Shown: positions 51,064 through 59,295 of the stretch, in pieces | Position numbering within the stretch: the first letter of the stretch is position 1 | How the letters are laid out: every line of letters starts with the position of its first letter | Assembly: GCA_963734895.1 (NCBI GenBank) | Contig: CAVTIN010000004.1 | Location: 360,889-424,888, forward strand | DNA from: an uncultured Chloroflexia bacterium | GTDB lineage: Bacteria > Chloroflexota > Limnocylindria > Limnocylindrales > CSP1-4 | Length of the DNA: 64,000 nucleotides | Direction: 5' to 3' | Translations under genes and position numbers: made by a program | Notes under the pieces: generated by a model | Told to the model about the DNA's origin: nothing | Databases searched by the model: none | What the model saw: the letters and a program-made list of their open reading frames with translations, nothing else

Positions 51064-54000
51064 ATGGAGATCCGGATCCTCGGCTCCCTCGAGGTCGTCG
51101 AGGGGGGTCTGGTCAGCGCGATCGCGTCCCGGCGTCAGCGTGCCCTGCTCGCACTCCTGCTCGTCCATGCCGGTCGGCCCGTCTCGACCGAGCATATCCT
51201 CGACGCGCTGTGGGGCGATTCGCCGCCGGAGAGCGGTTCTGGCAGCGTCGCGTTCCATGTGTCGCGCCTCAGGGCAGCGCTGGAACCCGGGCCACGCGAC
51301 GAACCCGGAACCGCCAACGGCCGGGGCCCGATCACGACCGAGGCCGGCGGCTACGCCCTGCGGATCGAGCCCGACGCGATCGACGCGGTCCGGTTCGAGC
51401 GCCTGGCGAGGGAGGGTCACGAGCTCCTCGCCGATGAACCCGCCGTGGCCGCATCGCGGCTTCGCGACGCCCTGGCCCTGTGGCGCGGCGAGCCCTTCGA
51501 GGGCCTCACGGACGAAGCGTTCCTTCAGCCGGAGATCGCCCGCCTCCACGAGCTGCGGCTGCGTGCATTCGAGGACCGTTTCGAGGCGGACCTCTCGCTC
51601 GGTCGCGGTCGCGACATCGCGGGCGAGCTTGAGTCCCTCGTGGCCGAGGAGCCGCTGCGTGAGCACCTGCGGGCGCAGCTCATGCGCGCCCTGTACGGCG
51701 CCGGCCGCCAGGCGGACGCGTTGCGCATCTACCAGGATGGTCGACGCCTGCTTGTCGATGAGCTGGGCATCGACCCGTCCGCCGAGCTCCAGGCGCTCGA
51801 GCTGGCGATCCTGCGCCAGGACGTGACGCTCGACGTTGCGCGGCCCTCCTCCGGCCCGCGGAACCCGTACAAGGGCCTGCGGCCGTTCGGCGAGGCGGAC
51901 GCGGGTGACTTCTTCGGGCGTGAGCTGTTTGCAGAGCGGCTGATCGAGCGCCTCGAAGCGGTGTCGCGGGCGGGCGGTCTGCTGCTGCTCGTCGGACCCA
52001 GCGGGAGCGGGAAGTCCAGCGTCATCCGGGCCGGGCTGTTGCCGCTGCTCCGAGCGCCGGCCCCCGGCCACGAGGCATGGCGCGTCGCGGTCATGCTGCC
52101 GGGCAGCCGTCCGACGGAAGCGCTGCTGCGGGCGTTGGACACAGTCGTCACGGCCCCGCAGGGCACGGCCCCGCAGGACACGGCCCCACAGGGCACGACC
52201 CCGCAGGGCTCAGCGTCGGGGGCCGAGGGGGCGGACATCGCGGAGGCGCTCACCCGGGCGGCCGCCGCTGATCCGCGCCGACTGCTCCTGGTCATCGACC
52301 AGCTCGAGGAGCTGTTCGCGCTTGCGACCGATCCGGGCGAACCGTCCGGATTCCTCCGCAGCATCGCCGCCGCACTGACCGGGCCCCCGCCACGCCCGGC
52401 CGTTGTCGCATCGTTGCGAGCCGACTGGTTCGATCGGCCGTTGCTCAGCGCGGAGCTCGGGGCGCTCGTTCGGGATGCCGTCGAGGTCGTGACCCCGCTG
52501 ACCCGCGACGAGCTCGAGCGGGCCATCGTGCGGCCGGCCACCGCGGTCGGTGTCGAGCTCGAGCCTGGCCTGGCGGCAGACCTCGAGGCCGACGTGGCCG
52601 ACCGGCCCGGGGCGCTCCCGCTCCTGCAGTTCGCCCTGACCGAGCTGTTCGAGCGGGCCGAAGGCAAGCGGCTCAGTCGAGAGTCCTACGCGGCCATTGG
52701 CGGCGTGGCCGGTGCGGTTGGCCGGCGGGCGGAGACGGTCTTCGCATCACTCGACCAGCCGGCGCGCGACCTCGCCCGCCAGCTGTTCCTGCGGATGACT
52801 GCCGTGGGCGAAGGGCGGACCGTGGCTGCCCGACGGGTCGTGGTGGACGACCTGCGCTCGATCGAGGCGACAGCCGAGCGTGTCGACGCCGTGCTCGAAG
52901 CCTTCGGACGATGGCGATTGCTGGCCTTCGACCGTGATCCGCGCTCGGGCCGGGCGACCGTCGAGCCGGCACACGAAGCGCTGCTCACGCACTGGCCGCG
53001 ACTCGCCGGCTGGATCCAGGAGGCAGAGGAGGCGCTCTGGATGCAGGCGCGGCTGAGCGCCACGGCCACCGAATGGGAAGCAACGGACCGGGACCCTGGG
53101 TTCCTCCTGGCCGGCAGCCGCCTCGACCTGTTCGAGACATGGAGCGCCACCACCGACATCCGCCTCGACGCGCTCGAGCGCGAGCTGCTCGAGGCGAGCC
53201 TGGTCGAGCGCCGGCGGGCCGAGCAGGCCGAGCGCGATCGCCGCGATCAGGAGCGCCGGCTCGAACGCCGGGCGTCGACGAGGCTTCGGGCGCTCGTGGC
53301 CGTGCTCCTTGCAGGCGTGATCGGGGTCTCGGGGCTGCTCGCCGTCGTCTGGCGCCAGGGGGAGGGCGCCCGCGAGGATCGGGCGATCGCCATGGCGCGC
53401 GAGTTGGCGGTGGCCGCGAACGGGCGCCTCGACACCGATCCGACGCTGGCCCTGCTTCTGGCCGCCGAGGCGGCGCGGGCGACGGCCGACCGGGGGTGGA
53501 TCACGGAGGAGGCGCTCGATGCGCTGCACTGGGCTGTTCAACGGGCGCGGGTCCCGTACCCGTCGGGCGACGTCCCCGTTGCGGTGCGACTCGCGCCGCC
53601 CCCCATCGGTGCCCGCGGCGTCTATCTGCTGCCGGCCCGCGACCTGATCGAGCTCGCCGACACCTCCGCTGGGCGGTCGCTCACCGCTGACGAATGCCGA
53701 ACTTACCTGCACCAGCCGGCCTGTCCGGCGGCGGATCGACGCCAGGTGGACGCGAATCTCGGGGTCATGACCGCCACGGGCGAGGTGGCGATGACCGATC
53801 TCGCGGCGCAGGGCAGCGGAGGTGTGAGCCTGCGGGTCGTCTCGCAGCTGCCCGCCGATCTGGCCGCTGCGCTGACCGACTATGCGGCCCAGGGCGGTGC
53901 CATCTCCTTCACGGATGACGACGGCACCGGCGATCCTCCAGCCCTGGTCGAGCAGGCTGACGTCGCCATCCTTGCTCGCCCAGGCGACGTCACTGACCTG

Positions 54001-55026
54001 GCCCGTGCGGGCCTGCTGCTGTCGCTGGACGAGGTCCTGTCGCCGGCCGACCTCGCAGCGCTCGAGGCGGGACCGCTGGCCGATCTCGGCCGGGTCCAGC
54101 CGTTGGACGCCGCGGGCGCGCGCCTCGTCGGTGCCCCGATCGCGGCGACGGCCTCCGGTCTGCTGTGGTACCCGGCCGACGCCTTCGCCGTTGCGGGCTA
54201 CGAGCCACCGGCCACCTGGGAGGCACTGGAGCAGCTCGTCGAGCGGATGATCCAGGATGGTCGCACGCCGTGGTGTCTCGGCCTGCTTGGGGGTGAGCAC
54301 GATGGGGCCTACGGCGCCGACCTGGTCGAGGACCTGGCCGCCGATCTACTGACCGCGCCCGGCTTTGACGCCTGGGCGGCTGGACGAACCGGTTTCAGCC
54401 TTGCCATCGAGGCTGCGTTTCGCCGCTATCACGCGCTGATCCAGCAGACTGGCGCCGTCCTCGGCGGCCCCGAGACGGCCATTCGAACGCCGGCGGCGTG
54501 GGCGGCACTCCAGATGGGCCGAGGCGAGCTGCCGGAGTGCTGGCTGATCCACGCGAGCGGCGATCAGCGGGCGACCTGGGAACAGGGCATTCGTGAGGAC
54601 CTCACTCCGGTCCGCCTTCCGGTCCGCGCCGAAGGAGCGACCGTGCTGCGTGGGCGTGTGTACACGCTCGTCGTGCTTCGTGACCGGCCCGAGGTCAGGA
54701 CCTTCGTGCAGTACCTGCTCGGCACGGACTTCGCGGGCCGGCTGATCAGCGAGGATTCGGGAAGCGGGCTGGTCCCGCTCGCGTCCCCGGGTGCGGGGGC
54801 GACACGAACCGCTACCGAGCGGGACATGGCCGGCCTCGTGGAATTGGCGCTGGCGGCAGGCACCTTCCTGGTTGACGCGTCCGACCGGATGCCGCGGACA
54901 CTCGGCGTCATCGCGTTCCCGGACTCGGCCATGCGCGTCGCCGGGATCCCGGCAGGCTCCCCGGAGGCCGCCATCGCCGGTGAGCTCGACCTGCTGGAAC
55001 GGATCCGTCTCGAGGCCCTTCCTTGA
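51064..55026 (+). CDS. BTAD/SARP-type winged-helix regulator fused to a STAND P-loop NTPase, one TM helix and an extracytoplasmic solute-binding-protein-like domain
   Basis: 1320 aa:
- N-terminal MEIRILGSLEV..RRQRALLALLLVH..VSTEHILDALWGD (OmpR/SARP wHTH)
- BTAD (ALALWRGEPFEGL..LRAQLMRALYGAGRQADALRIYQ)
- NPYKGLRPFGEADAGDFFGRE..LVGPSGSGKSS (Walker A)
- TM LRALVAVLLAGVIGVSGLLAVVW
- a C-terminal region resembling ABC sugar-binding proteins. Confidence 0.8.
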   Translation: MEIRILGSLEVVEGGLVSAIASRRQRALLALLLVHAGRPVSTEHILDALWGDSPPESGSGSVAFHVSRLRAALEPGPRDEPGTANGRGPITTEAGGYALRIEPDAIDAVRFERLAREGHELLADEPAVAASRLRDALALWRGEPFEGLTDEAFLQPEIARLHELRLRAFEDRFEADLSLGRGRDIAGELESLVAEEPLREHLRAQLMRALYGAGRQADALRIYQDGRRLLVDELGIDPSAELQALELAILRQDVTLDVARPSSGPRNPYKGLRPFGEADAGDFFGRELFAERLIERLEAVSRAGGLLLLVGPSGSGKSSVIRAGLLPLLRAPAPGHEAWRVAVMLPGSRPTEALLRALDTVVTAPQGTAPQDTAPQGTTPQGSASGAEGADIAEALTRAAAADPRRLLLVIDQLEELFALATDPGEPSGFLRSIAAALTGPPPRPAVVASLRADWFDRPLLSAELGALVRDAVEVVTPLTRDELERAIVRPATAVGVELEPGLAADLEADVADRPGALPLLQFALTELFERAEGKRLSRESYAAIGGVAGAVGRRAETVFASLDQPARDLARQLFLRMTAVGEGRTVAARRVVVDDLRSIEATAERVDAVLEAFGRWRLLAFDRDPRSGRATVEPAHEALLTHWPRLAGWIQEAEEALWMQARLSATATEWEATDRDPGFLLAGSRLDLFETWSATTDIRLDALERELLEASLVERRRAEQAERDRRDQERRLERRASTRLRALVAVLLAGVIGVSGLLAVVWRQGEGAREDRAIAMARELAVAANGRLDTDPTLALLLAAEAARATADRGWITEEALDALHWAVQRARVPYPSGDVPVAVRLAPPPIGARGVYLLPARDLIELADTSAGRSLTADECRTYLHQPACPAADRRQVDANLGVMTATGEVAMTDLAAQGSGGVSLRVVSQLPADLAAALTDYAAQGGAISFTDDDGTGDPPALVEQADVAILARPGDVTDLARAGLLLSLDEVLSPADLAALEAGPLADLGRVQPLDAAGARLVGAPIAATASGLLWYPADAFAVAGYEPPATWEALEQLVERMIQDGRTPWCLGLLGGEHDGAYGADLVEDLAADLLTAPGFDAWAAGRTGFSLAIEAAFRRYHALIQQTGAVLGGPETAIRTPAAWAALQMGRGELPECWLIHASGDQRATWEQGIREDLTPVRLPVRAEGATVLRGRVYTLVVLRDRPEVRTFVQYLLGTDFAGRLISEDSGSGLVPLASPGAGATRTATERDMAGLVELALAAGTFLVDASDRMPRTLGVIAFPDSAMRVAGIPAGSPEAAIAGELDLLERIRLEALP
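52150..52209 (+). repeat. 15-nt (APQGT) imperfect tandem repeat x4 inside the STAND gene
   Basis: acggccccgcagggc / acggccccgcaggac / acggccccacagggc / acgaccccgcagggc. Confidence 0.85.
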
Positions 55027-55159
55027 TCCGCAGCACCACGCGACGAGGCTGCTCATCGATCCCTCGACAGTCGCTGAGCCGGCGCTCATGCGCGGCGGGC
55101 ATCGTGGCGCTGCTGATCCGGCCAATGGAGGACCGGGTCGCGAGGCGGAAAGGGGTCAC

Positions 55160-55723
55160 ATGATGCGGACGAGGCATCTCGTGGCCGGCCTGCTCGCGGT
55201 CATGCTGGCCGCCTGCTCGTCGGGCACATCAGCTGCGCCCAGCGCAGCACCGAGCATCGAGCCGACGCCCCAGCCGACGCCAACGACGGCCGCGACACCC
55301 GCGCCGACGGCGTCACCCGCGCCGACGGCGACGGCACCGGGGCTGAGCGTCAAGGTCACGTTTGACGGCGAGACCTGCAGCTATGTTGGCCCGACCGTGA
55401 TCCCGGATGGAACCATGGTGCGGTTCGAGTACGCGCCCGACCAGGAGGTGGGGGGGTCGACCCTCCTCGTCTACGGGATCAAGCCGGGAACGACGTGGGG
55501 GATGACCAGTCCTCCCGGTACGGTCGACGCTTACGAGAACATCCCTGACTGGGTACTCCAGACGACGGCCGCCTTCCTCGACGGAGCTGGGACCCTCCTG
55601 TACACGGTCAGGAGCGTGCAGCACGGCAGCGACGACGTTGACTACCCGGTTGGCGGCTACCACGTGGCTTGCACGACGCCGATCATTTATCCGGCAGTGC
55701 AGCTGACGGTCGCCGGAGCGTAG
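55160..55723 (+). CDS. putative lipoprotein
   Basis: MMRTRHLVAGLLAVMLAAC SSG lipobox and a Pro/Thr/Ala linker, followed by a globular domain. No family recognised. Confidence 0.65.
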   Translation: MMRTRHLVAGLLAVMLAACSSGTSAAPSAAPSIEPTPQPTPTTAATPAPTASPAPTATAPGLSVKVTFDGETCSYVGPTVIPDGTMVRFEYAPDQEVGGSTLLVYGIKPGTTWGMTSPPGTVDAYENIPDWVLQTTAAFLDGAGTLLYTVRSVQHGSDDVDYPVGGYHVACTTPIIYPAVQLTVAGA

Positions 55724-55826
55724 GCCCGCGACCCCACGAGCCCCGTCCGGTCCCCGCCGGGCGGGGCTCGTCTGTCTGCGCCGCAGCTGGCGGTCAGGGC
55801 CGCCAGCCAGGCGCTACGATGCGGCC

Positions 55827-56357
55827 ATGATCGATCTCGTGCTCACGCTTGTCGGTCCGGACCGCCCCGGCATCGTCGACTCCGTGTCGGAGGTTGTGGC
55901 CGCGCACGGCGGCAACTGGCTGGAGAGCCGGATGGTGCACCTCGCGGGCCAGTTCGCCGGCGTCCTGTGCGTGGAGGTTGCCGATGAACAGGTGGCGGCG
56001 CTCGAGGACGCGCTCGGCCGTCTCGAGGGCAGCGGCCTGAGGGTCATCGTCGAACGGAGCGCGCCCGCCGAGGCGCCCCGGCAGCACGCGATGGAGATCG
56101 AGCTGCTCGGCCTCGATCGCCCCGGCCTGGTCCACGAGATCTCGGCGGTGCTCGCGGCGCACCAGGTCAACGTCGAGGAGCTGGCCACCAGTCTTCCCCC
56201 GGCTGCCCACTCCGGCGACCGAATGTTCTCTGCCCACATCCGCGTCACGATCCCCGAGACCGCGGACCTGGCGGCTGTCCGCCAGGGCTTGGAGCTTCTG
56301 GCCGGCGACCTGATGGTGGAGATCCGGCTGGCCGACACCACTGACCCCGCGCACTGA
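55827..56357 (+). CDS. tandem ACT-domain protein (GcvR-like)
   Basis: 176 aa with two ACT-like units: LTLVGPDRPGIVDSVSEVVAAHGGN and ELLGLDRPGLVHEISAVLAAHQVN. Confidence 0.7.
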   Translation: MIDLVLTLVGPDRPGIVDSVSEVVAAHGGNWLESRMVHLAGQFAGVLCVEVADEQVAALEDALGRLEGSGLRVIVERSAPAEAPRQHAMEIELLGLDRPGLVHEISAVLAAHQVNVEELATSLPPAAHSGDRMFSAHIRVTIPETADLAAVRQGLELLAGDLMVEIRLADTTDPAH

Positions 56358-56576
56358 CCCCGCGCCTCGACCCCGCGCCGTCAATTCGCGCGCTTGTTCT
56401 GCAGTCCTTCCCGCGGGCCTTCGGCTTCCAGCGGGAGCCGACAATGGTCGATCGCTGGCCGGCGTCGTCGGGAACGCAGGGACCGGTGCGTAGCTGGGCA
56501 GCCGCCGAGAGTCGTTGTCGCGACGGACGCGGCCGAGAGGGGTATGGTTCGACGGATACGTAGCGAGAGGAGCACC

Positions 56577-57200
56577 ATGCCCAACGAGCAGGAAATCGGG
56601 CGTCGCGTACGCGACAGCATCATCGGAACGATCAAAGGGACGGGCGAGATCACCGAGGTCACGGTGGCGACGCTGTCGTCCGCCGTCCAGCGCACCTTCA
56701 AGGAGGCCGGCTCGGCCGGTTCCACAGCGGCCGATCTGGCCGTTGGCGCCGTCAAGGGGACGATCCGCGCGACAGGCGACGTCATCGGGCTGGGGGCGCA
56801 GACGGCCGCGGAGTCCATCAGCGCTGCCGCGACCGCAGCGGGGGTCGCCGCTGGTTCGATCGGCTACGCGGCCAAGGCTGCGGTCGTGGGCGGTGTCCGC
56901 GGCTCATCCGAAGCCGGCGTCGAGACGCTCGAGGCGATCAGCCGCACGAGCCGGAGTGCGGTCTCGGAAGCGTCCGCGGTGGGTGCCGACATCACGGCTG
57001 CCGCCGTTGGTGCGGTTGAGGGTGCGATCGAGATTGCCAAGGAGACCAGCGTCAGCGCGGAAGCGGCTGCCACAGCGGCTGCGACGGGAGCGATCGACGG
57101 GGCGGGCGACATCGGCGAGGCGGCCGCAACCCGCGTCCGGAATGCGGTGCAGGGCACAATCCGCGGCGTGAAGGTCGTCCTCAAGACGCCGCTCGAGTAG
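56577..57200 (+). CDS. Ala/Gly-rich repeat protein, function unknown
   Basis: GC3-biased ORF with recurring G.(I/V)(K/R)GT(I/G).. and AAxxA segments. The start could be 56544. Confidence 0.5.
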   Translation: MPNEQEIGRRVRDSIIGTIKGTGEITEVTVATLSSAVQRTFKEAGSAGSTAADLAVGAVKGTIRATGDVIGLGAQTAAESISAAATAAGVAAGSIGYAAKAAVVGGVRGSSEAGVETLEAISRTSRSAVSEASAVGADITAAAVGAVEGAIEIAKETSVSAEAAATAAATGAIDGAGDIGEAAATRVRNAVQGTIRGVKVVLKTPLE

Positions 57201-57348
57201 CCTCCCGGCGCGGGTTGCGCCGACCTTGGATTCGCGGGGGTCCCGATCCAGGTGTGGCGTCGGACTGGTTCAGCGCACCCCGTGAGCACTCCGCACGGCC
57301 TCCGCGTGGAGCCGCACCTGACCGGGGGGGTAGGCCCGGCCTCCGGCG

Positions 57349-58530
57349 TCACACCCGCGCAGGCTTCGTCCAAGGGCGCCACGGCCACATCGCTGCCGAG
57401 GTCATGAGCAGGGTGGCGTCCATCAGCACCGCCGACGCGAGGCACCACGCGCAGGTCGCACCGATCACGAACGGCTCGAGGAATGTGAGGTAGGCGGAGA
57501 ACAGCGTTCCGATGACGGCCAGCCCGACGAGCGCCCACTGGCTGATCTCGACCAACGCCCCGCGTGCCCCGCGCGCGACGAGCCAGCAGCCGAGGATCGC
57601 GGCGTACCCGGCCGATCCCAGCACCCCCACCGGGATCTCGAACAGGCGCGCGTAGACGCTCGCGTGCACGAGATTACAGTCGCCGACGGGGCCACAGACG
57701 GCAGATGACCCCGCGAGCTCCACGCTCGCCAGGTATGCGGCGATCACAAGCCCGGCCAGTGCGGTCGCTGCGATCGACGCAGGCAGCCGACCGCTGCCGG
57801 TGCGCCCCCCCGCCCGCACGGCTGCAACCGCGACCCACGCGAGCGAGACAGCGAGGCCGATGAGCACAACGATGGCAAGCGTGCTGCCCAGCGGGTCGCG
57901 GCCGGCCCGCTCGATCGCGTCGGCCACCGGTGATCCGGGAGCCGGGGTCGAACCTGCCGCATCGGCCGGAGCGGCCGAGCCCACCGGCCCCGCGGATGTC
58001 GCTCCCGGCGATGCCGCGGCGGGCACCGGTGTGGCGCTCGGCTGCGAGGAGGGGAGCACCGCCGCGAGACCGGGGATCTCCGGCCAGTCCGACCCGCCCC
58101 CCGCCAGCAGACGCTCCGCGATCGACGGCAGCTGCTGGGGGATCTCCACTGAGCCCACCAGCACCACGTCGCTGACGATCAGCGTAGGCACGCCGAGGCG
58201 CTCGTCCGGGATGCCGAACCGGGTCACCGCCGCCCGGTAGAGCGTCTCGCCGACCGGCAACGTCACATCGACGGCCAGGACCACCAGGCGGTCGCCGAAG
58301 CTGGCCTGGATCGGCGGCAGGTCCTCGGTCATGACCTGGTGGCAGTGCGGGCATGTGGGCGAGTAGAAGAGGACCGCGCGGACAACCGGATCGTCGGCGC
58401 TGACCGGGGCGGCACCCGAACCCGCGAGCAGGACCCCGACAAACGCGAGCGCGACCCAGAACGCGGAGGCGCGTCCGCCCGCCGCGGATGCGCGTCCGTT
58501 CGCTGTGGGCCGGAGCCATGCCAGGGCCAT
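57349..58530 (-). CDS. thioredoxin-like domain fused to a vitamin K epoxide reductase (VKOR) family domain
   Basis: 393 aa with an N-terminal TM and a Trx-like region carrying CPHC (VLFYSPTCPHCHQV). After a Pro/Ala linker comes a VKOR core with the loop cysteines CGPVGDC and the active-site CAWC in the last TM helix. Confidence 0.8.
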   Translation of the reverse strand: MALAWLRPTANGRASAAGGRASAFWVALAFVGVLLAGSGAAPVSADDPVVRAVLFYSPTCPHCHQVMTEDLPPIQASFGDRLVVLAVDVTLPVGETLYRAAVTRFGIPDERLGVPTLIVSDVVLVGSVEIPQQLPSIAERLLAGGGSDWPEIPGLAAVLPSSQPSATPVPAAASPGATSAGPVGSAAPADAAGSTPAPGSPVADAIERAGRDPLGSTLAIVVLIGLAVSLAWVAVAAVRAGGRTGSGRLPASIAATALAGLVIAAYLASVELAGSSAVCGPVGDCNLVHASVYARLFEIPVGVLGSAGYAAILGCWLVARGARGALVEISQWALVGLAVIGTLFSAYLTFLEPFVIGATCAWCLASAVLMDATLLMTSAAMWPWRPWTKPARV

Positions 58531-59153
58531 TCGTCAAGCGGCCCCCAAGGATCAGGGGCCCCGTCCTCCTTTCGGCACCAACAGCATGTTCATGCCGAAA
58601 AGCACCCATCAAGGGCCGCGTGGCTCATCGGGCGGTCCGGGCCGTTGCCCTGGCGGGGCCGGTTCGCCCGGGCCTCGATCCGGTCACGGTGTTGCCACGA
58701 GGGCCTGCTCTGGGCGGCAAGCATCGGGCAGCTGGACCTCCACCACCAGCTCCACATCGGACAGTGTGAGAGAGAGCCGGTTGACCTTTAGATAGTAGGC
58801 AATCCCATTCATCTCCTGGCGGAGGCGGGTTCGCCTCGCTGGAATGGCGCTCGCTATCGGCACACGGCGTGCCCGACTTCGCCGTACGCGCTGACCGAAC
58901 CGGTGCGCGACGGACCGCTCCGCAAACCGAATGGACGTCCGAAGGCACGCGTTGAGCATGCTGCTCACGGCTACACGGCTCAAGCCGCTCAGCTAATCTC
59001 GCCGCCGACTAACACGGCAATGGGGAGGCGCCCTGAAGACATCAGCCCCCGGCTCGTCTCCATGCGACACCCAAGGACTGGAATCGAGCCGATGCACCGA
59101 CATTCCGCTGAAGATCGTGAGAGGGGGGTGAGGGTGTCTTCACAAGGGGAGGG

Positions 59154-59229
59154 TGGAGCGGGAGACGGGGTTCGAACCCGCGACATTCAGCTTGGGAAGC
59201 TGACACTCTGCCAACTGAGTTACTCCCGC
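59154..59229 (-). tRNA. tRNA-Gly (anticodon CCC), CCA encoded
   Basis: The reverse complement reads GCGGGAGTAACTCAGTTGGCAGAGTGTCAGCTTCCCAAGCTGAATGTCGCGGGTTCGAACCCCGTCTCCCGCTCCA. It has a 7-bp acceptor stem GCGGGAG/CTCCCGC, an anticodon stem TCAGC/GCTGA with loop TTCCCAA, and a GGTTCGAAC T-loop. Confidence 0.9.
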
Positions 59230-59295
59230 TCGGGAGGGCGCGATTCTAGCCGGTTCGTGGGCGACGGACAAACACCATGAGGGCAGCACTCCCGG

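Noticed and set aside
52747-54300. 517-aa ORF on the minus strand
   Set aside because: It lies antisense to the BTAD-STAND gene. It is a shadow ORF.
58531-59153. tmRNA, RNase P RNA or SRP RNA in the non-coding stretch next to tRNA-Gly
   Set aside because: I could not find the hallmark elements on either strand. Missing are the GAGGAAAGUCCGG P4 motif, a tRNA-like T-arm followed by ..CCACCA, an Ala-ending tag ORF, and the AGGAAGCAGC SRP motif.
58903-59280. 125-aa plus-strand ORF
   Set aside because: It runs straight across the tRNA-Gly gene on the opposite strand and has no coding signature.
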